A DNA stretch of 64,000 nucleotides from an uncultured Holophaga sp. (GCA_963664825.1 OY761614.1:512001-576000), one strand, 5' to 3'; shown: positions 19,349 to 29,856, counted from the first letter of the stretch. Notes: generated by a model not told the origin, from the letters alone. Numbers and translations are program-made.

Positions 19349-20059
19349 ATGCGACCCCGAACCGCCAGGCCCCACCGAATCCTCATCGTCGAGGACGAAC
19401 TCCGCCTCGCGGAGATGGTCAAGGCGAATCTCGAGACCGAGAACTTCGAGGTGATCATCGAGGGAGACGGCGCGTCGGCGCTTGCGCGCCAGTGCTCGGA
19501 ACCCTCGGATCTGATCATCCTCGACCTCATGCTTCCGGGACTGAACGGCTTCGAGGTTCTGCGCGCGCTCCGGAGGCGCGAAGACTCCGTGCCCGTCCTC
19601 ATCCTCACTGCCCGGTCCGGCAGCGACGACCGCATTGAGGGACTGTCCTGCGGCGCCGACGACTACCTCGCCAAGCCCTTCGCCATCCTCGAACTGATCG
19701 CAAGGGTCCGGGCGATCCTCCGGCGCACATCCCCCAGCGAGGCCTCCAAGCGCATTGTCCAGAGCGGCCCCTTCCGGATCGACTTCATCCAATTCACGGT
19801 TCACAAGGGGCGCACCGACCTGAAGCTGAGCCTGCGGGAATTCAGGCTCCTGGAAGTGTTGATCGCCCACCCCGGGCGCGTGCATGCGCGCCAGGATCTG
19901 GTGAACCTGGCCTGGGAGATGGATGCGCGTCCCACCCTCCGGACCGTGGATAAGCACATCGCCGCCCTTCGGAAGAAACTGGGGGGCACGGAAGAACACC
20001 CCGTCATCCAGACCCTGGACCGGGAGGGATACCGCTGGCTGCTGCCCATCAAGGCGTGA
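19349..20059 (+). CDS. OmpR/PhoB-family response regulator
   Basis: ILIVEDE, LDLMLP, GADDYLAKPF, RTVDKHIAALRKK winged helix. Confidence 0.92.
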   Translation: MRPRTARPHRILIVEDELRLAEMVKANLETENFEVIIEGDGASALARQCSEPSDLIILDLMLPGLNGFEVLRALRRREDSVPVLILTARSGSDDRIEGLSCGADDYLAKPFAILELIARVRAILRRTSPSEASKRIVQSGPFRIDFIQFTVHKGRTDLKLSLREFRLLEVLIAHPGRVHARQDLVNLAWEMDARPTLRTVDKHIAALRKKLGGTEEHPVIQTLDREGYRWLLPIKA

Positions 20060-20286
20060 CGCACAGGTTTTCGTGTCCTGGGGGCAGCCATGCTTCCCGC
20101 ACTGTTTTGCAACCACGAACAAGACAAGAAATACAACAACTTTATAAAGAGCACTTACATGCAATAAAATGAAATTTTAAAATGCATGCGTTTTTTCCCT
20201 TGATTTCTTGTGGTGGCTTTGATTCGGGTCCGCAAGGATGGTAGCCGTTCACGGAATCGTGACATTCCTCTACCAGGAGATCCTCG

Positions 20287-23232
20287 ATGACCCGTTCCAA
20301 TTCCCTGTTGGGTGCAGGCAGAGTCTGCGCCCTTATCGTCGCGTCCAGCGGCATCCTCTTCAGCCAGAGCAATGCCGTCGGCAGCATTTCCGGCACCGTG
20401 ACAGGCCCGGAACGAAAACCCGTGGCGGGAGCCCTGGTGCGGGTGGATACCGGCCGAGGCGTGAAGGAGGCCCGGACCGATGAGAAGGGCCGCTTCCTGT
20501 TCCTCCAGCTCCTGCCCGGAGCCGCGAAGCTGGACGTGACGGCCAAGGACCTCCTGACCTTCCGGACCGGAATCTCGATCATCGCCAACCAGGGCGTGAC
20601 GATGAAAATCGCCATGGCGGCCCCCATGGGGGCCGTCGTGGAAGTCGTGGCCACCCAGACGAACGCGGTGGTGGGCGTGGATGCCGCCACTGCGGTCTCG
20701 GGCACGAATTTCACCGCCGAGCAGATCAATGCCCTCCCGGCCATCGGTGGCGTGTACGATGCGTTTCTGAAAACCGTCCCCGGCACCCCTTCGGGGGGCT
20801 ACAACTTCCACGGCTCCGAGGATGGCGTGAACGCCTACACGGTGAATGGCGTGGAATCCCGTTCAGCTGCTGGCGGCACCCAGCTGCTGAGCGTGAATCG
20901 GGATCTCATCGAGCAATTCAATGTGCTTTCCGGCGGCGTCTCGGCCAAGTATGGGCGCTACGTGGGAGCGGCCGTGGCCACCGTCACCAAGAGCGGAACC
21001 AACGAATTCACGGGTTCCGTGCGCCACGACCTCGTGAGCGATTCCTGGAACGCCCTGGAAAAGCCGGCGCCCTACTCGAACAGCGACCGGGTGGCTCGCA
21101 AGGTCACGGACAGCCAGTCCTACACCTTCCTGGGCCCCATCATCAAGGACACGCTCTTCATCGCCGCGGGGTACCAGACCGTCTCGCCCAGTTCAACGAA
21201 AGTCGTGAAAGGTACCGTGGGCAGCGGCCTCTTCGCCCCCTACACCTTCAGCAGCACGAGCCAGAACGAACTCAAGGACATCAAGCTGGACTGGCAGATC
21301 AACACCGATCATCGTGTCACTGGCGCCTGGAACCAGCACCTGACAACGAGCACGGGCCCAACCAATGGCCGCGGGCTATCAACGCTCACGACAGGATCCG
21401 GCCCTTGGCGCCAGGAACAAGGCTTCAAATCCCTGGGCTACACGGGGAGTCTCGCCAGCAATCTGATGGTGGACGCCATCCTCAGCGAAACGATCACCAA
21501 GCGGCATGACTTCGGTTCCCCCGGGGGACCCGATGTGGTGAGCTGGCAGGATACCGCAGGCCTTGGCCATGGCGACCTCTACGACAACGGCTTAACTGCG
21601 AATTCCACGAACCAGGAAAAGATCCGCACACTGGGCCTGAACCTCGCCTGGTTCGTGGGTCAGCATGCGGTGGAGGCGGGTTTCCAGTACTACAGCAGCC
21701 GCATCGAAAGCACGGGCAGTTATGACGCCGAATGGAAATCCGTGACGCCTTCGGGTGCCTTGATCGAGTTCGACGGATGGACCGCAAACCCGCCCAGCAT
21801 GGATCGCCGGTACCGGCGAATGACCACCGGGGATCCCTACTCAACCCGCCTGACCCTCTTCGATCCCCTGACGGGCCACTTCGATTCCAAGGTCTGGGGA
21901 TTCTACGTCAACGATATCTGGACGCTGGATGCTCACTGGTCCTTCAATCTGGGGGCCCGCTTCGATTCCAATCACTTCAAGGTCACGCCCGAGGGGAATT
22001 CCTATTCCATCAGCACCGCAGTGCCCCGCCTCTCGGCCAGCTACGACCTGGAGGGGGACAAGAAGCATGTGTTCACCCTGGGCCTGGCGGAATACGCCGG
22101 CCAGATCAATGCGGGGACCTTCACGCGCATCAGCGTATCCAATCTCTCACCTTCCCGGTACTACGCCTACTACGGTGCAGCAGGCAATGGCAGCGATGCC
22201 CTCAACGCCAATGGCTCCATCAACTGGAACGTCTGGGGGAATTCCGCGACAACCCTTGGGCAGGCCAATCCCGTCTATGCCTCGCCCGATCCCCTGACCT
22301 CGAGCCCGAACAGGGTGGACTCCAACGTCAAGCCCCCCCGGTCCCGGGAGGCCACCCTCTCCTACCGCTACATGGATACCAAGCAGTCCCTCACGGCCAC
22401 CCTCCTGCACAAGGTCCAGGACAACTACATCGGCATGAGGCGGGAAGGGGCCCTTGGGTTGGGCCTGAACAACGCCAAGAACGTCTACTACAACGACGAC
22501 GGCATGAAGGCGCGCTACGAGAACCTGGAGATCCAGTACCGGCGGCAGATCCTGGAGGATCTCTCCGTGGGAGGCAACCTCACTTGGTCCTACACCCACG
22601 CCAACGCAGGCCAGAACGTGGGGACGGGTTCCCGAAACCAGTACGGGGACTTCATCTCCAATGACTTGGTATCGCCCTTCGGCCCCCAGTCCGGCCAGTG
22701 GTCCTCCTCCACCACGCCCTTCACCACGCACATCGATGTGTCCTACAGCCACTCCTTCGGCAAGCTGGGCACCATCACGGCGACACTCCTTGGCAACTAC
22801 TGGTCCAGGAGTTTCCGGGGCTACCGCGACTTCACCGGGAACACCAACTCGGTCATCCAGGATTACGGCTATGCCGACACGGTCAGCCGTGTCTACGGTG
22901 ATGCCGAGACCTGGTGGCCCCAGCAGTACAGCTGCGATTTCCACCTCGGCTACGAGATTGGGATCTATCGCAAGGTTAAGGCCTTCACGTCCCTGGATAT
23001 CACCAATCTCTTCAACCACCAGATGCCGATGTATGTGAACTACTCTACGGCCCTGAAGGACGTCAGCACCGGCACCGTTTACGCTCCCTACGCGACCAAT
23101 CTCCCCAGCGGCTGGTGGAACAACCCCAATTTCAAGCCCGTGGCCTACAACGATGGTTGGATGAAGGACGGCGAGGTGGGTGCCTATACCGAACCTCGGA
23201 AGATCCAGCTCAGTGTGGGCTTCCGCTTCTAG
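20287..23232 (+). CDS. TonB-dependent outer membrane receptor (Oar-like, N-terminal carboxypeptidase-regulatory-like domain)
   Basis: Signal peptide, GSISGTVT, SAKYGR...VTKSGTNEFTGS, YVNDIW, terminal VGFRF. Confidence 0.88.
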   Translation: MTRSNSLLGAGRVCALIVASSGILFSQSNAVGSISGTVTGPERKPVAGALVRVDTGRGVKEARTDEKGRFLFLQLLPGAAKLDVTAKDLLTFRTGISIIANQGVTMKIAMAAPMGAVVEVVATQTNAVVGVDAATAVSGTNFTAEQINALPAIGGVYDAFLKTVPGTPSGGYNFHGSEDGVNAYTVNGVESRSAAGGTQLLSVNRDLIEQFNVLSGGVSAKYGRYVGAAVATVTKSGTNEFTGSVRHDLVSDSWNALEKPAPYSNSDRVARKVTDSQSYTFLGPIIKDTLFIAAGYQTVSPSSTKVVKGTVGSGLFAPYTFSSTSQNELKDIKLDWQINTDHRVTGAWNQHLTTSTGPTNGRGLSTLTTGSGPWRQEQGFKSLGYTGSLASNLMVDAILSETITKRHDFGSPGGPDVVSWQDTAGLGHGDLYDNGLTANSTNQEKIRTLGLNLAWFVGQHAVEAGFQYYSSRIESTGSYDAEWKSVTPSGALIEFDGWTANPPSMDRRYRRMTTGDPYSTRLTLFDPLTGHFDSKVWGFYVNDIWTLDAHWSFNLGARFDSNHFKVTPEGNSYSISTAVPRLSASYDLEGDKKHVFTLGLAEYAGQINAGTFTRISVSNLSPSRYYAYYGAAGNGSDALNANGSINWNVWGNSATTLGQANPVYASPDPLTSSPNRVDSNVKPPRSREATLSYRYMDTKQSLTATLLHKVQDNYIGMRREGALGLGLNNAKNVYYNDDGMKARYENLEIQYRRQILEDLSVGGNLTWSYTHANAGQNVGTGSRNQYGDFISNDLVSPFGPQSGQWSSSTTPFTTHIDVSYSHSFGKLGTITATLLGNYWSRSFRGYRDFTGNTNSVIQDYGYADTVSRVYGDAETWWPQQYSCDFHLGYEIGIYRKVKAFTSLDITNLFNHQMPMYVNYSTALKDVSTGTVYAPYATNLPSGWWNNPNFKPVAYNDGWMKDGEVGAYTEPRKIQLSVGFRF

Positions 23233-23281
23233 CCTTCCACGTGAAGGCGAATCTGCTACGCAGTTCCATTAAGGAAACGAT

Positions 23282-24424
23282 ATGAAATTATCCGCACTTC
23301 TATGCGGTGCCCTGGCACCGACCCTCCTCATCGCCCAGGCACCCGCCGAGAATCCCCAGGCTCTCGTGGCCAAGTACGCCGCCCTCCTGAAGCAGTACCC
23401 CCAGATGCTGAAGGATGACCAACAGCGCAAGGCCCACATCCCCAATAAGGACACCGTGGAGGGCATCTCCGTGCGCATCGCCCACGAGGCCCGTCCCGAG
23501 ATCCGCCAGGTGCTCATGATGGCCCGGCATTTCATGCTGGACGCCATGGCCCCGGACCGGGCCAAGCTGCCGACGGAGGCTATCAACTACACCAGCACCC
23601 TGGGTACGGCCTGGGAGCTGGAACTGGCGGGCCAGATCACACCGGATTCCCCCGCCCTGGAACTCGTCGCGCTTCACCAGCCAGGGTATCTCGGCTTCAT
23701 CGCCTGGCACGCCAGCGGGGGGGGCTACATCGATCAGAGCGAATCCGCGGCTGCGACCAAGGCCTTCGCCTTCTTCGACAAGGTCTTCGAGGTCCATCCT
23801 TCCAGGACCGTCAAGACCCTCGCCCTGACCTCTGCTATGGAATTGGCCTCCCGCCCCCGCATGATCCCCGAGGTGGAGGGCTACTTGGCCCGCCTGGAGG
23901 CCTTCGAACCCGGCCATCCCGCCGTGGCCCAGTACAGGAAGTGGCTCGTCCAGGCCCGGGAGGCCGACAAGTCCGCACCCAGGGTCGGAAACAGGCTTCC
24001 CGCCTTCAAGCTGCAAAACCTCGACAAGCCCAGCGAGACCCTGACGCCCGCGACCTTCAAGGGCAAATACCTGCTGCTGGACTTCTGGGCCACCTGGTGC
24101 GGCCCCTGCAAGGGCGAGCTGCCCTTCGTCCACAAGGCCTACGCCAAGTTCCATCCGGCGGGCCTGGAGATGCTGAGCATCTCCTGGGACAAGAAGGCGG
24201 AGGATATCGTCAAGTTCCGCAAGGACCCGGCCCATCCCATGCCCTGGCGCCATGCCTTCCCCCAGGGGAAGCTGGCCGAAGAACTGAACAACACCTTCCA
24301 GGTCCGGGGCATTCCCCATGTCCTCCTGATCGGCCCCGATGGCAAGATCCTCGAGACGGTGGAGAATCTGCGAGGCGAAAAGCTGGAGGAGACCCTGCGG
24401 AAGTACATGAAGCCCAAAGCGTAG
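23282..24424 (+). CDS. TlpA/ResA-family thioredoxin-like protein with N-terminal extension
   Basis: Signal peptide; LLDFWATWCGPC, VRGIP, LIGPDGKI. Confidence 0.88.
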   Translation: MKLSALLCGALAPTLLIAQAPAENPQALVAKYAALLKQYPQMLKDDQQRKAHIPNKDTVEGISVRIAHEARPEIRQVLMMARHFMLDAMAPDRAKLPTEAINYTSTLGTAWELELAGQITPDSPALELVALHQPGYLGFIAWHASGGGYIDQSESAAATKAFAFFDKVFEVHPSRTVKTLALTSAMELASRPRMIPEVEGYLARLEAFEPGHPAVAQYRKWLVQAREADKSAPRVGNRLPAFKLQNLDKPSETLTPATFKGKYLLLDFWATWCGPCKGELPFVHKAYAKFHPAGLEMLSISWDKKAEDIVKFRKDPAHPMPWRHAFPQGKLAEELNNTFQVRGIPHVLLIGPDGKILETVENLRGEKLEETLRKYMKPKA

Positions 24425-24476
24425 GACACTGGGCTTCGCCCTCCTGGCGCTTGCGTCTCTTCCCGGAGCCCACCTC

Positions 24477-26138
24477 GTGCCTATCCACCGCATCAGCAGA
24501 CCAAGACGCGGAAATCGCCTCCTGCGCGCCCTCCTGGGGATCCTCCGGATTCCCAGGAGGCGCGCAGCGGCGTGGCCCCTGGTCCTGGGCTGGGGCCTGC
24601 TCTGCGGAATGCTGGCCTTCCTCCCCGCCTGGTGGATCGCAGACTGGGGCGAACGGGCCCAGGATCGCTGGTTCAATGAAGCCCACGAACAGGCAGCGCG
24701 CCTCACCCAGGAGTGGCAACACTGGACGGCGCCGGTTCCGGACTTCGCCAATGGGGGTGAGGAGGCCCTCCGGAGATGGCTGCTGAAGGAAGCCCTGGTG
24801 GTGGCCCTGGTGGACGCGAAGGAAGGGCGGGTATGGATCCGGGAGGGCCTCCGCCTGCGCCCCGCCCGAGGCACGGCAGAAGCGCAGACTCCGGCTGAAT
24901 GGGCACGAAAGGCCATGGAAGTGGCTCCGGTCTGGGGACCCATCGATAACACGAATGGTGCACCACGAGCCCACCGCACGGACGCGAGCAGGCTCTGGGA
25001 TGCGGGCTCCTGGTGGCCCGTCAGCTCTTTCGACCTGGATTCCAGGAACGAATGCGCTATCGTCACCTTCTTCGGGGAATGGTGCCTGATCAAGCGCTGG
25101 GTGCCCGGCAGTCCCGAGGTGGAGCAGTGGCTGCGAGGCACCTCCCGGCCCACGGACACCTACCGCTTCGGCCTGCTCTCCGGCTTCCAATACAACCAAG
25201 CGCTGAAGCGTCCGCGCGCCATCTCAAGCTTTGGCCCTGGCCCTCTTCAAGACAGGCGGGAAGTGACAAGCCTAGAGGATGCCCCTTTCCGGGTGGACGG
25301 AGACCTGGGCCGCGATTTTGAGGGTTTCTGGTACGTGGTGCTGCAGATGACTCCCGAGGTCTTCCGGGATTTCCACCGTGCCTACCTTCTCCGCCTGCGC
25401 CTAGCCTGGTTCTCCTATGGGCTGGTGGTGGCAGGAAGCGGCCTAGCCCTCTCCCTCTTCTTCCACTCGCGCAACCGGGAGCGCCTCCAGGCCGATCGCC
25501 TGGCCTCCCTGGCCCATAGCCTCAAGACTCCCTTGGCCGTCCTCAAGCTCAGATGCGATACGGCCCTCAATAACGAATTGCCGCGGGAGGCCCAGGAAGC
25601 CCAGCTGCTGGAGATCCGCGGCGAGACCGACCAGCTCGTGCGGACCATCGAAGGGGGCCTGGAGGCCATGCGTTCCAGCTATGCCACCCCTGTTCCAGAC
25701 CTGGTGGACGGGGCCTTCTTCGAGGGCCTGGACGAGCGATACTCCCCCGCCTTCGAGGCCCAGGGACGGATGCTGGAGGTCTATGGCAGCGATATCGCGT
25801 TCCCCTGCTGCGCCTCGGCGCTCGAATCGGCCCTCGCCACGCTCATCGAGAACGCCCTGGTCCACGGTCGGGGCCGCGTGGAAGTGAAGGCCACCACCGA
25901 ACCTGGCCTCGCCAGGATCCAGGTGAGCGACGAGGGCGAGGGCATCCCCCCCGAGCAGGTGCAGCGCCTGCACCATCCCAATGCTCCGGCCCCAGCGCAC
26001 ACCAGTGCCTTCCCTGGGGGCCAGAACATGGGCCTGCTCGTCCTGGCTCAGGTCGCCCGGCGGGAGGGCTGGGGCCTGGGCTTTTCCATCGGAGAATCCG
26101 CGTTCACGGCCCTGCTGGAGATCCCGACCCGGACGTGA
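24477..26138 (+). CDS. Membrane sensor histidine kinase (divergent)
   Basis: Two TM segments; LAHSLKTPL H-box, LIENALVHG N-box, VSDEGEGI G1. Confidence 0.8.
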   Translation: MPIHRISRPRRGNRLLRALLGILRIPRRRAAAWPLVLGWGLLCGMLAFLPAWWIADWGERAQDRWFNEAHEQAARLTQEWQHWTAPVPDFANGGEEALRRWLLKEALVVALVDAKEGRVWIREGLRLRPARGTAEAQTPAEWARKAMEVAPVWGPIDNTNGAPRAHRTDASRLWDAGSWWPVSSFDLDSRNECAIVTFFGEWCLIKRWVPGSPEVEQWLRGTSRPTDTYRFGLLSGFQYNQALKRPRAISSFGPGPLQDRREVTSLEDAPFRVDGDLGRDFEGFWYVVLQMTPEVFRDFHRAYLLRLRLAWFSYGLVVAGSGLALSLFFHSRNRERLQADRLASLAHSLKTPLAVLKLRCDTALNNELPREAQEAQLLEIRGETDQLVRTIEGGLEAMRSSYATPVPDLVDGAFFEGLDERYSPAFEAQGRMLEVYGSDIAFPCCASALESALATLIENALVHGRGRVEVKATTEPGLARIQVSDEGEGIPPEQVQRLHHPNAPAPAHTSAFPGGQNMGLLVLAQVARREGWGLGFSIGESAFTALLEIPTRT

Positions 26139-26162
26139 TGCCGTGAATGCGCGGCTCCATGT

Positions 26163-27101
26163 CTATCCCTGGATCCCCTCGATCCAGTGACTGAGGGTCT
26201 CCAGGCGGGCAGGCGAGACCTCCCGGTCCGGCACGCGCTCCCAGGAAAAGGCGGCAACCAGATCCCCTGCCGTGCAGGCTTCGGCCCGGTCCAGGCAGCC
26301 CAGGGAATAGCCCAACCAACCCAGGATCTCCGGGATGCCGATGCCCTTGGCGGCGAGTTCCTCGAGGCCCAGGGCGCCCTCCCGCTTGCCGAGGCGGACG
26401 CCCCCCCTGGAGGCCACCAGGGCCACATGGGCGTAAGCGGGCCGTGGCAGACCGAGGGCCTCCTGGAGCCGGATCTGGGAGGCCGTCACGCCGCGCAGAT
26501 CGACACCGCGCACCACTTCCGTGACCCCTTGGGCGCCATCGTCGACCACCACCGCCAGATGGTAGGCGAAACAGCCATCCCGGCGATGGAGGAGGGGATC
26601 CCCCGTGAGGCCCGTGGGATCGTCCCTCTGGAGGCCTAGCGTGAGATCGGTCCAGGTCACCTCGCCCCCCGGCAGACGGAAGCGCAGGGCGTCCGGGCGC
26701 AGACTCTCGAGATGGCTCTGGCGGCAGGTGCCCGGATAGGGGCGCAGGCCATCTTCGGCATGAGGCGCCGAGGCCAGCAGGGCCAGATCCTTGCGCGAAC
26801 AGGCGCAGGCGTAAAGGAGGTCCGCAGCATGGAGACGCTCCAGGGCGGCTTGGTAGGCCTGGCTCCGCTCGGATTGCCTGAATACGGGCCCATCGCTCTC
26901 CAGGCCGAGAGCCGCCAGATCCCGCAGCTGGCGCTCGGCGAATTCCGGTCGGGAGCGCCCGCGATCCACATCCTCGATCCGGAGGATCCACTGCCCGCCC
27001 CGGGATTTCACGGAAAGCCAGGAGGCCAGGGCCGTGCGGAGGTTGCCGAGGTGCAGCACACCCGTAGGGGAAGGCGCAAAACGACCCAGGAGCTCACCCA
27101 T
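26163..27101 (-). CDS. gluQ: Glutamyl-Q tRNA(Asp) synthetase
   Basis: RFAPSPTGVLHLGN, LRIEDVD, CACSRK, YHLAVVVDD, RLGKR; no anticodon-binding domain. Confidence 0.9.
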   Translation of the reverse strand: MGELLGRFAPSPTGVLHLGNLRTALASWLSVKSRGGQWILRIEDVDRGRSRPEFAERQLRDLAALGLESDGPVFRQSERSQAYQAALERLHAADLLYACACSRKDLALLASAPHAEDGLRPYPGTCRQSHLESLRPDALRFRLPGGEVTWTDLTLGLQRDDPTGLTGDPLLHRRDGCFAYHLAVVVDDGAQGVTEVVRGVDLRGVTASQIRLQEALGLPRPAYAHVALVASRGGVRLGKREGALGLEELAAKGIGIPEILGWLGYSLGCLDRAEACTAGDLVAAFSWERVPDREVSPARLETLSHWIEGIQG

Positions 27102-27149
27102 CCAGCCTCCGATCCAGACTCTTGAGTCTGCCATGCTAAAAAGGAAGCC

Positions 27150-27962
27150 ATGGCTTCCCCTTTCAGGCCCCCCTGGCAAAACAGCCCTCCCGTGCTGCGG
27201 GCCCTGGCCGCCCAGGCCCTGGCCTTCCTGCTGCTCCTGCTCATCGCGCACCTCCTGCCTCGCATGCCCTTCTGGATCTGGCCCACCCTCCAGGGCGTCT
27301 TCGCCATGGCCCTGGCGACCTGGTGGGGCCTGGGCAGCGGCTGGCGGCTCTTCCAGTTTCTGCTGCCCTTCGCCCTGGCCTGGCAGCTCGGGCATCAGGT
27401 GCCCGGATGGATCTATCCCTCCCTGCTGGCCGGGCTCCTGCTGGTCTTCGGCGGAGGCATCCTGACGCGAGTGCCCCTCTACAATTCGGGCCCCGGGGCC
27501 TGGGAGCATCTGCTGGCCCTGATCCCAGAAGGGGAGAACCTCCGCATGGCCGACCTGGGCGCCGGACTGGGAGGCCCCCTGGCCTTCCTGGCCCGCCGCC
27601 GCCCCCGGGCCACCTTCCTCGGGGTGGAGGCCTCCCTCCTGGTCTGGTTCATCGCCTGGATCAGGACGCTTCCCCTCCGCCGAAACTGTGGGATTCGCCT
27701 GGGCAGCCTGTGGGGATTGGAGCTGCGGGAATTCGATCTCGTGTTCGCCTTCCTCTCCCCGGCCCCCATGACCAAGCTCTGGGAGAAGGCCCTCTGGGAG
27801 ATGCGGCCCGGGACCCTGCTGGTCAGCCATAGCTTCGAAGTGCCCGGCGCCGTGGCCGAAGGTCGGATCGCCCTCCCGGGGCGGCCCGGCGCCTGCCTGC
27901 TCCTATATAGAATTCCTGAAATAGCCCAGGAATGCGGGAATCCCCCGCCGGAATTGGTCTAA
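27150..27962 (+). CDS. Membrane-anchored class I SAM-dependent methyltransferase
   Basis: N-terminal TM helices, VPLY, ADLGAGLG, FLSP, EMRPGTLLVS. Confidence 0.8.
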   Translation: MASPFRPPWQNSPPVLRALAAQALAFLLLLLIAHLLPRMPFWIWPTLQGVFAMALATWWGLGSGWRLFQFLLPFALAWQLGHQVPGWIYPSLLAGLLLVFGGGILTRVPLYNSGPGAWEHLLALIPEGENLRMADLGAGLGGPLAFLARRRPRATFLGVEASLLVWFIAWIRTLPLRRNCGIRLGSLWGLELREFDLVFAFLSPAPMTKLWEKALWEMRPGTLLVSHSFEVPGAVAEGRIALPGRPGACLLLYRIPEIAQECGNPPPELV

Positions 27963-27964
27963 AG

Positions 27965-27991
27965 TTAAGCCAGCCCGGGAGCGGCCGAAGA
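27965..27991 (+). promoter_or_regulatory. Possible sigma28 (FliA)-type promoter of motAB
   Basis: TTAA-N15-GCCGAAGA just upstream of motA RBS. Confidence 0.4.
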
Positions 27992-28010
27992 CCTAAGGGG
28001 AGACTCACGC

Positions 28011-28877
28011 ATGTTTTTTATCATCGGGATCATCGTCGTCATCGGATCCGTGCTCTCGGGATACCTGATGGAGCACGGCAAGATCGCGACGCTCCTGGAG
28101 CCGCTGGTGCCCGAAGGCATCATTCTCTTGGGAGCCGCCCTCGGTTCCTTCCTGGCCGCCAATCCCCCCGCCGTCATCAAGGCCGTGGCCGCCAGCATCA
28201 TGAAGCCCCTGAAGGGCAGCAAATACACCAAGCCCGTGTATATGGAAGCGTTGATGATGCAGTACGAGGTCTACGTCAACATCAAGAAGGGGGGCCTCCT
28301 GGCCCTGGAACAGGATGTCAACGACCCCCACAGTTCCAATATCTTCAAGAAATACCATTCCATGCTCCAGGATCATCACGCCCTGGACTTCTTCTGCGAT
28401 TCCATGAAGCTACTCATCAACGGCAGCGCCAAGATCGACGAGATCGACCAGGTCATGGAGATGGACCTGGATGTGCACCACGCCGAGAGCGCCATTCCGG
28501 GCACCTCCGTGAACACGGTCGCGGATAGCCTGCCGGCCTTCGGTATCTGCGCCTGCGTCATGGGCATCGTCGTCACCATGGGCTTCCTGGATCAGCCCCC
28601 CAATATCATCGGCGCCCACGTGGCCTCGGCCCTGGTGGGCACCTTCCTGGGCATCTTCCTGGGCTACGGCATCTTCGCGCCCCTGGCCAAGAACATCGAC
28701 CAGGTGAACGCCACGGAATCCCACTTCTTCAGCATGCTCCGGGCGGGCCTGGTCTCCTTCGGCAATGGCGCCGCCCCCGTGACGGCGGTGGAATTCGCCC
28801 GACGCAATATCCCCTTCTCCGAGCGCCCTGGGTCCCAGGAGCTGGAGGAAGTGGTGCGTCAGATCAAGCCGAGGTGA
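28011..28877 (+). CDS. motA: Flagellar motor stator protein MotA
   Basis: KKGGLLALE, LPAFGI, ALVGTFLGI, AVEFARR. Confidence 0.95.
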   Translation: MFFIIGIIVVIGSVLSGYLMEHGKIATLLEPLVPEGIILLGAALGSFLAANPPAVIKAVAASIMKPLKGSKYTKPVYMEALMMQYEVYVNIKKGGLLALEQDVNDPHSSNIFKKYHSMLQDHHALDFFCDSMKLLINGSAKIDEIDQVMEMDLDVHHAESAIPGTSVNTVADSLPAFGICACVMGIVVTMGFLDQPPNIIGAHVASALVGTFLGIFLGYGIFAPLAKNIDQVNATESHFFSMLRAGLVSFGNGAAPVTAVEFARRNIPFSERPGSQELEEVVRQIKPR

Positions 28878-28881
28878 CGGG

Positions 28882-28980
28882 ATGCCCACAATGAAGCCGG
28901 ACCAAGCCCCTTCCTCGCACCTCGAAATCGCCGCAGGCGATTGTCGAGTGGAAGTGGTGCGCCAGATCAAGCCCAGGTAG
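28882..28980 (+). repeat. Hairpin-containing spacer plus second copy of motA 3' end, forming a 32-aa mini-ORF
   Basis: 28951-28980 is 26/30 nt identical to 28848-28877 (EVVRQIKPR* in both); ATG at 28882 in frame. Confidence 0.9.
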
Positions 28981-28989
28981 CGAGCAGGC

Positions 28990-29856
28990 ATGGCCGAGCA
29001 ACAACCCGAAATCAAGATCGTCATCAAGAAGAAGGTCGTGGGCCACGGAGGTGGCCACAGCGGCGGGGCCTGGAAGGTGGCCTATGCGGATCTGGTGACG
29101 GCCATGATGGCCTTCTTCCTCCTGATGTGGCTGCTCGCAAGTGCCAGCTCATCCACCAAGGCCGCCATCAGCAAGCATTTCCAGGAAGGACCTGGATACT
29201 GGGACACGGCCGCGGGCAAGGAGATGATCGAGTCCTACAACAAGGGCATCCTGCCCGGGGGCCGCGGCATGTCCCCCAATCCGGGAGATGGTGGCACCGA
29301 ATCGGATGCTCCGGCCCTCGAGAAGGAACACAAGGCCATGGAGGCCACCGCCCAGGCCATCGAGAAGGCCTTCCAGGAAGACAAGCTGCTTCAGGCCTTC
29401 AAAGACCAGCTCTCCATGGATTTCACCGATGAGGGCCTGCGCATCCAGGTCCAGGACAAAGCCGCCCAGGTGCTCTTCGATTCCGGGAGCGCCCAGCTCA
29501 AGCCCTACACCCTGTCCATCCTCAAGGAGATCGCCCAGGAACTGGGCAAGCTGCCCAACCACGTGGTCATCGGGGGCCATACGGATGCCCAGCAGTACAC
29601 CTCCCGGGCCTACACGAACTGGGAGCTGAGTTCCGAACGCGCCAATGCCGCCCGCCGCGTGCTGGAGGCCTCGGGCCTGCGCTCCAACCAGGTCCGCCGC
29701 ACCACCGGCTACGCCGATACCCTGCCCCTCGAGGGCCACGAGGCCAAGGACCCCCAGAACCGCCGCATCTCCATCGTGGTGCTCTCCAGCGCCACAGAAG
29801 AGGCCGAAGTCAGGCGCCAGAAATCCAAGGGCGACTCCAAGAGTGCGAAGCCCTGA
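28990..29856 (+). CDS. motB: Flagellar motor protein MotB
   Basis: WKVAYADLVTAMMAFF, GHTD, NWELSSERA, NRRI. Confidence 0.95.
   Translation: MAEQQPEIKIVIKKKVVGHGGGHSGGAWKVAYADLVTAMMAFFLLMWLLASASSSTKAAISKHFQEGPGYWDTAAGKEMIESYNKGILPGGRGMSPNPGDGGTESDAPALEKEHKAMEATAQAIEKAFQEDKLLQAFKDQLSMDFTDEGLRIQVQDKAAQVLFDSGSAQLKPYTLSILKEIAQELGKLPNHVVIGGHTDAQQYTSRAYTNWELSSERANAARRVLEASGLRSNQVRRTTGYADTLPLEGHEAKDPQNRRISIVVLSSATEEAEVRRQKSKGDSKSAKP

Noticed and set aside
18982..19635. 801-aa DsbD and other long N-terminal extensions in the ORF track
   Set aside because: Extensions overlap divergent genes; internal ATGs with RBS or signal peptides fit better.
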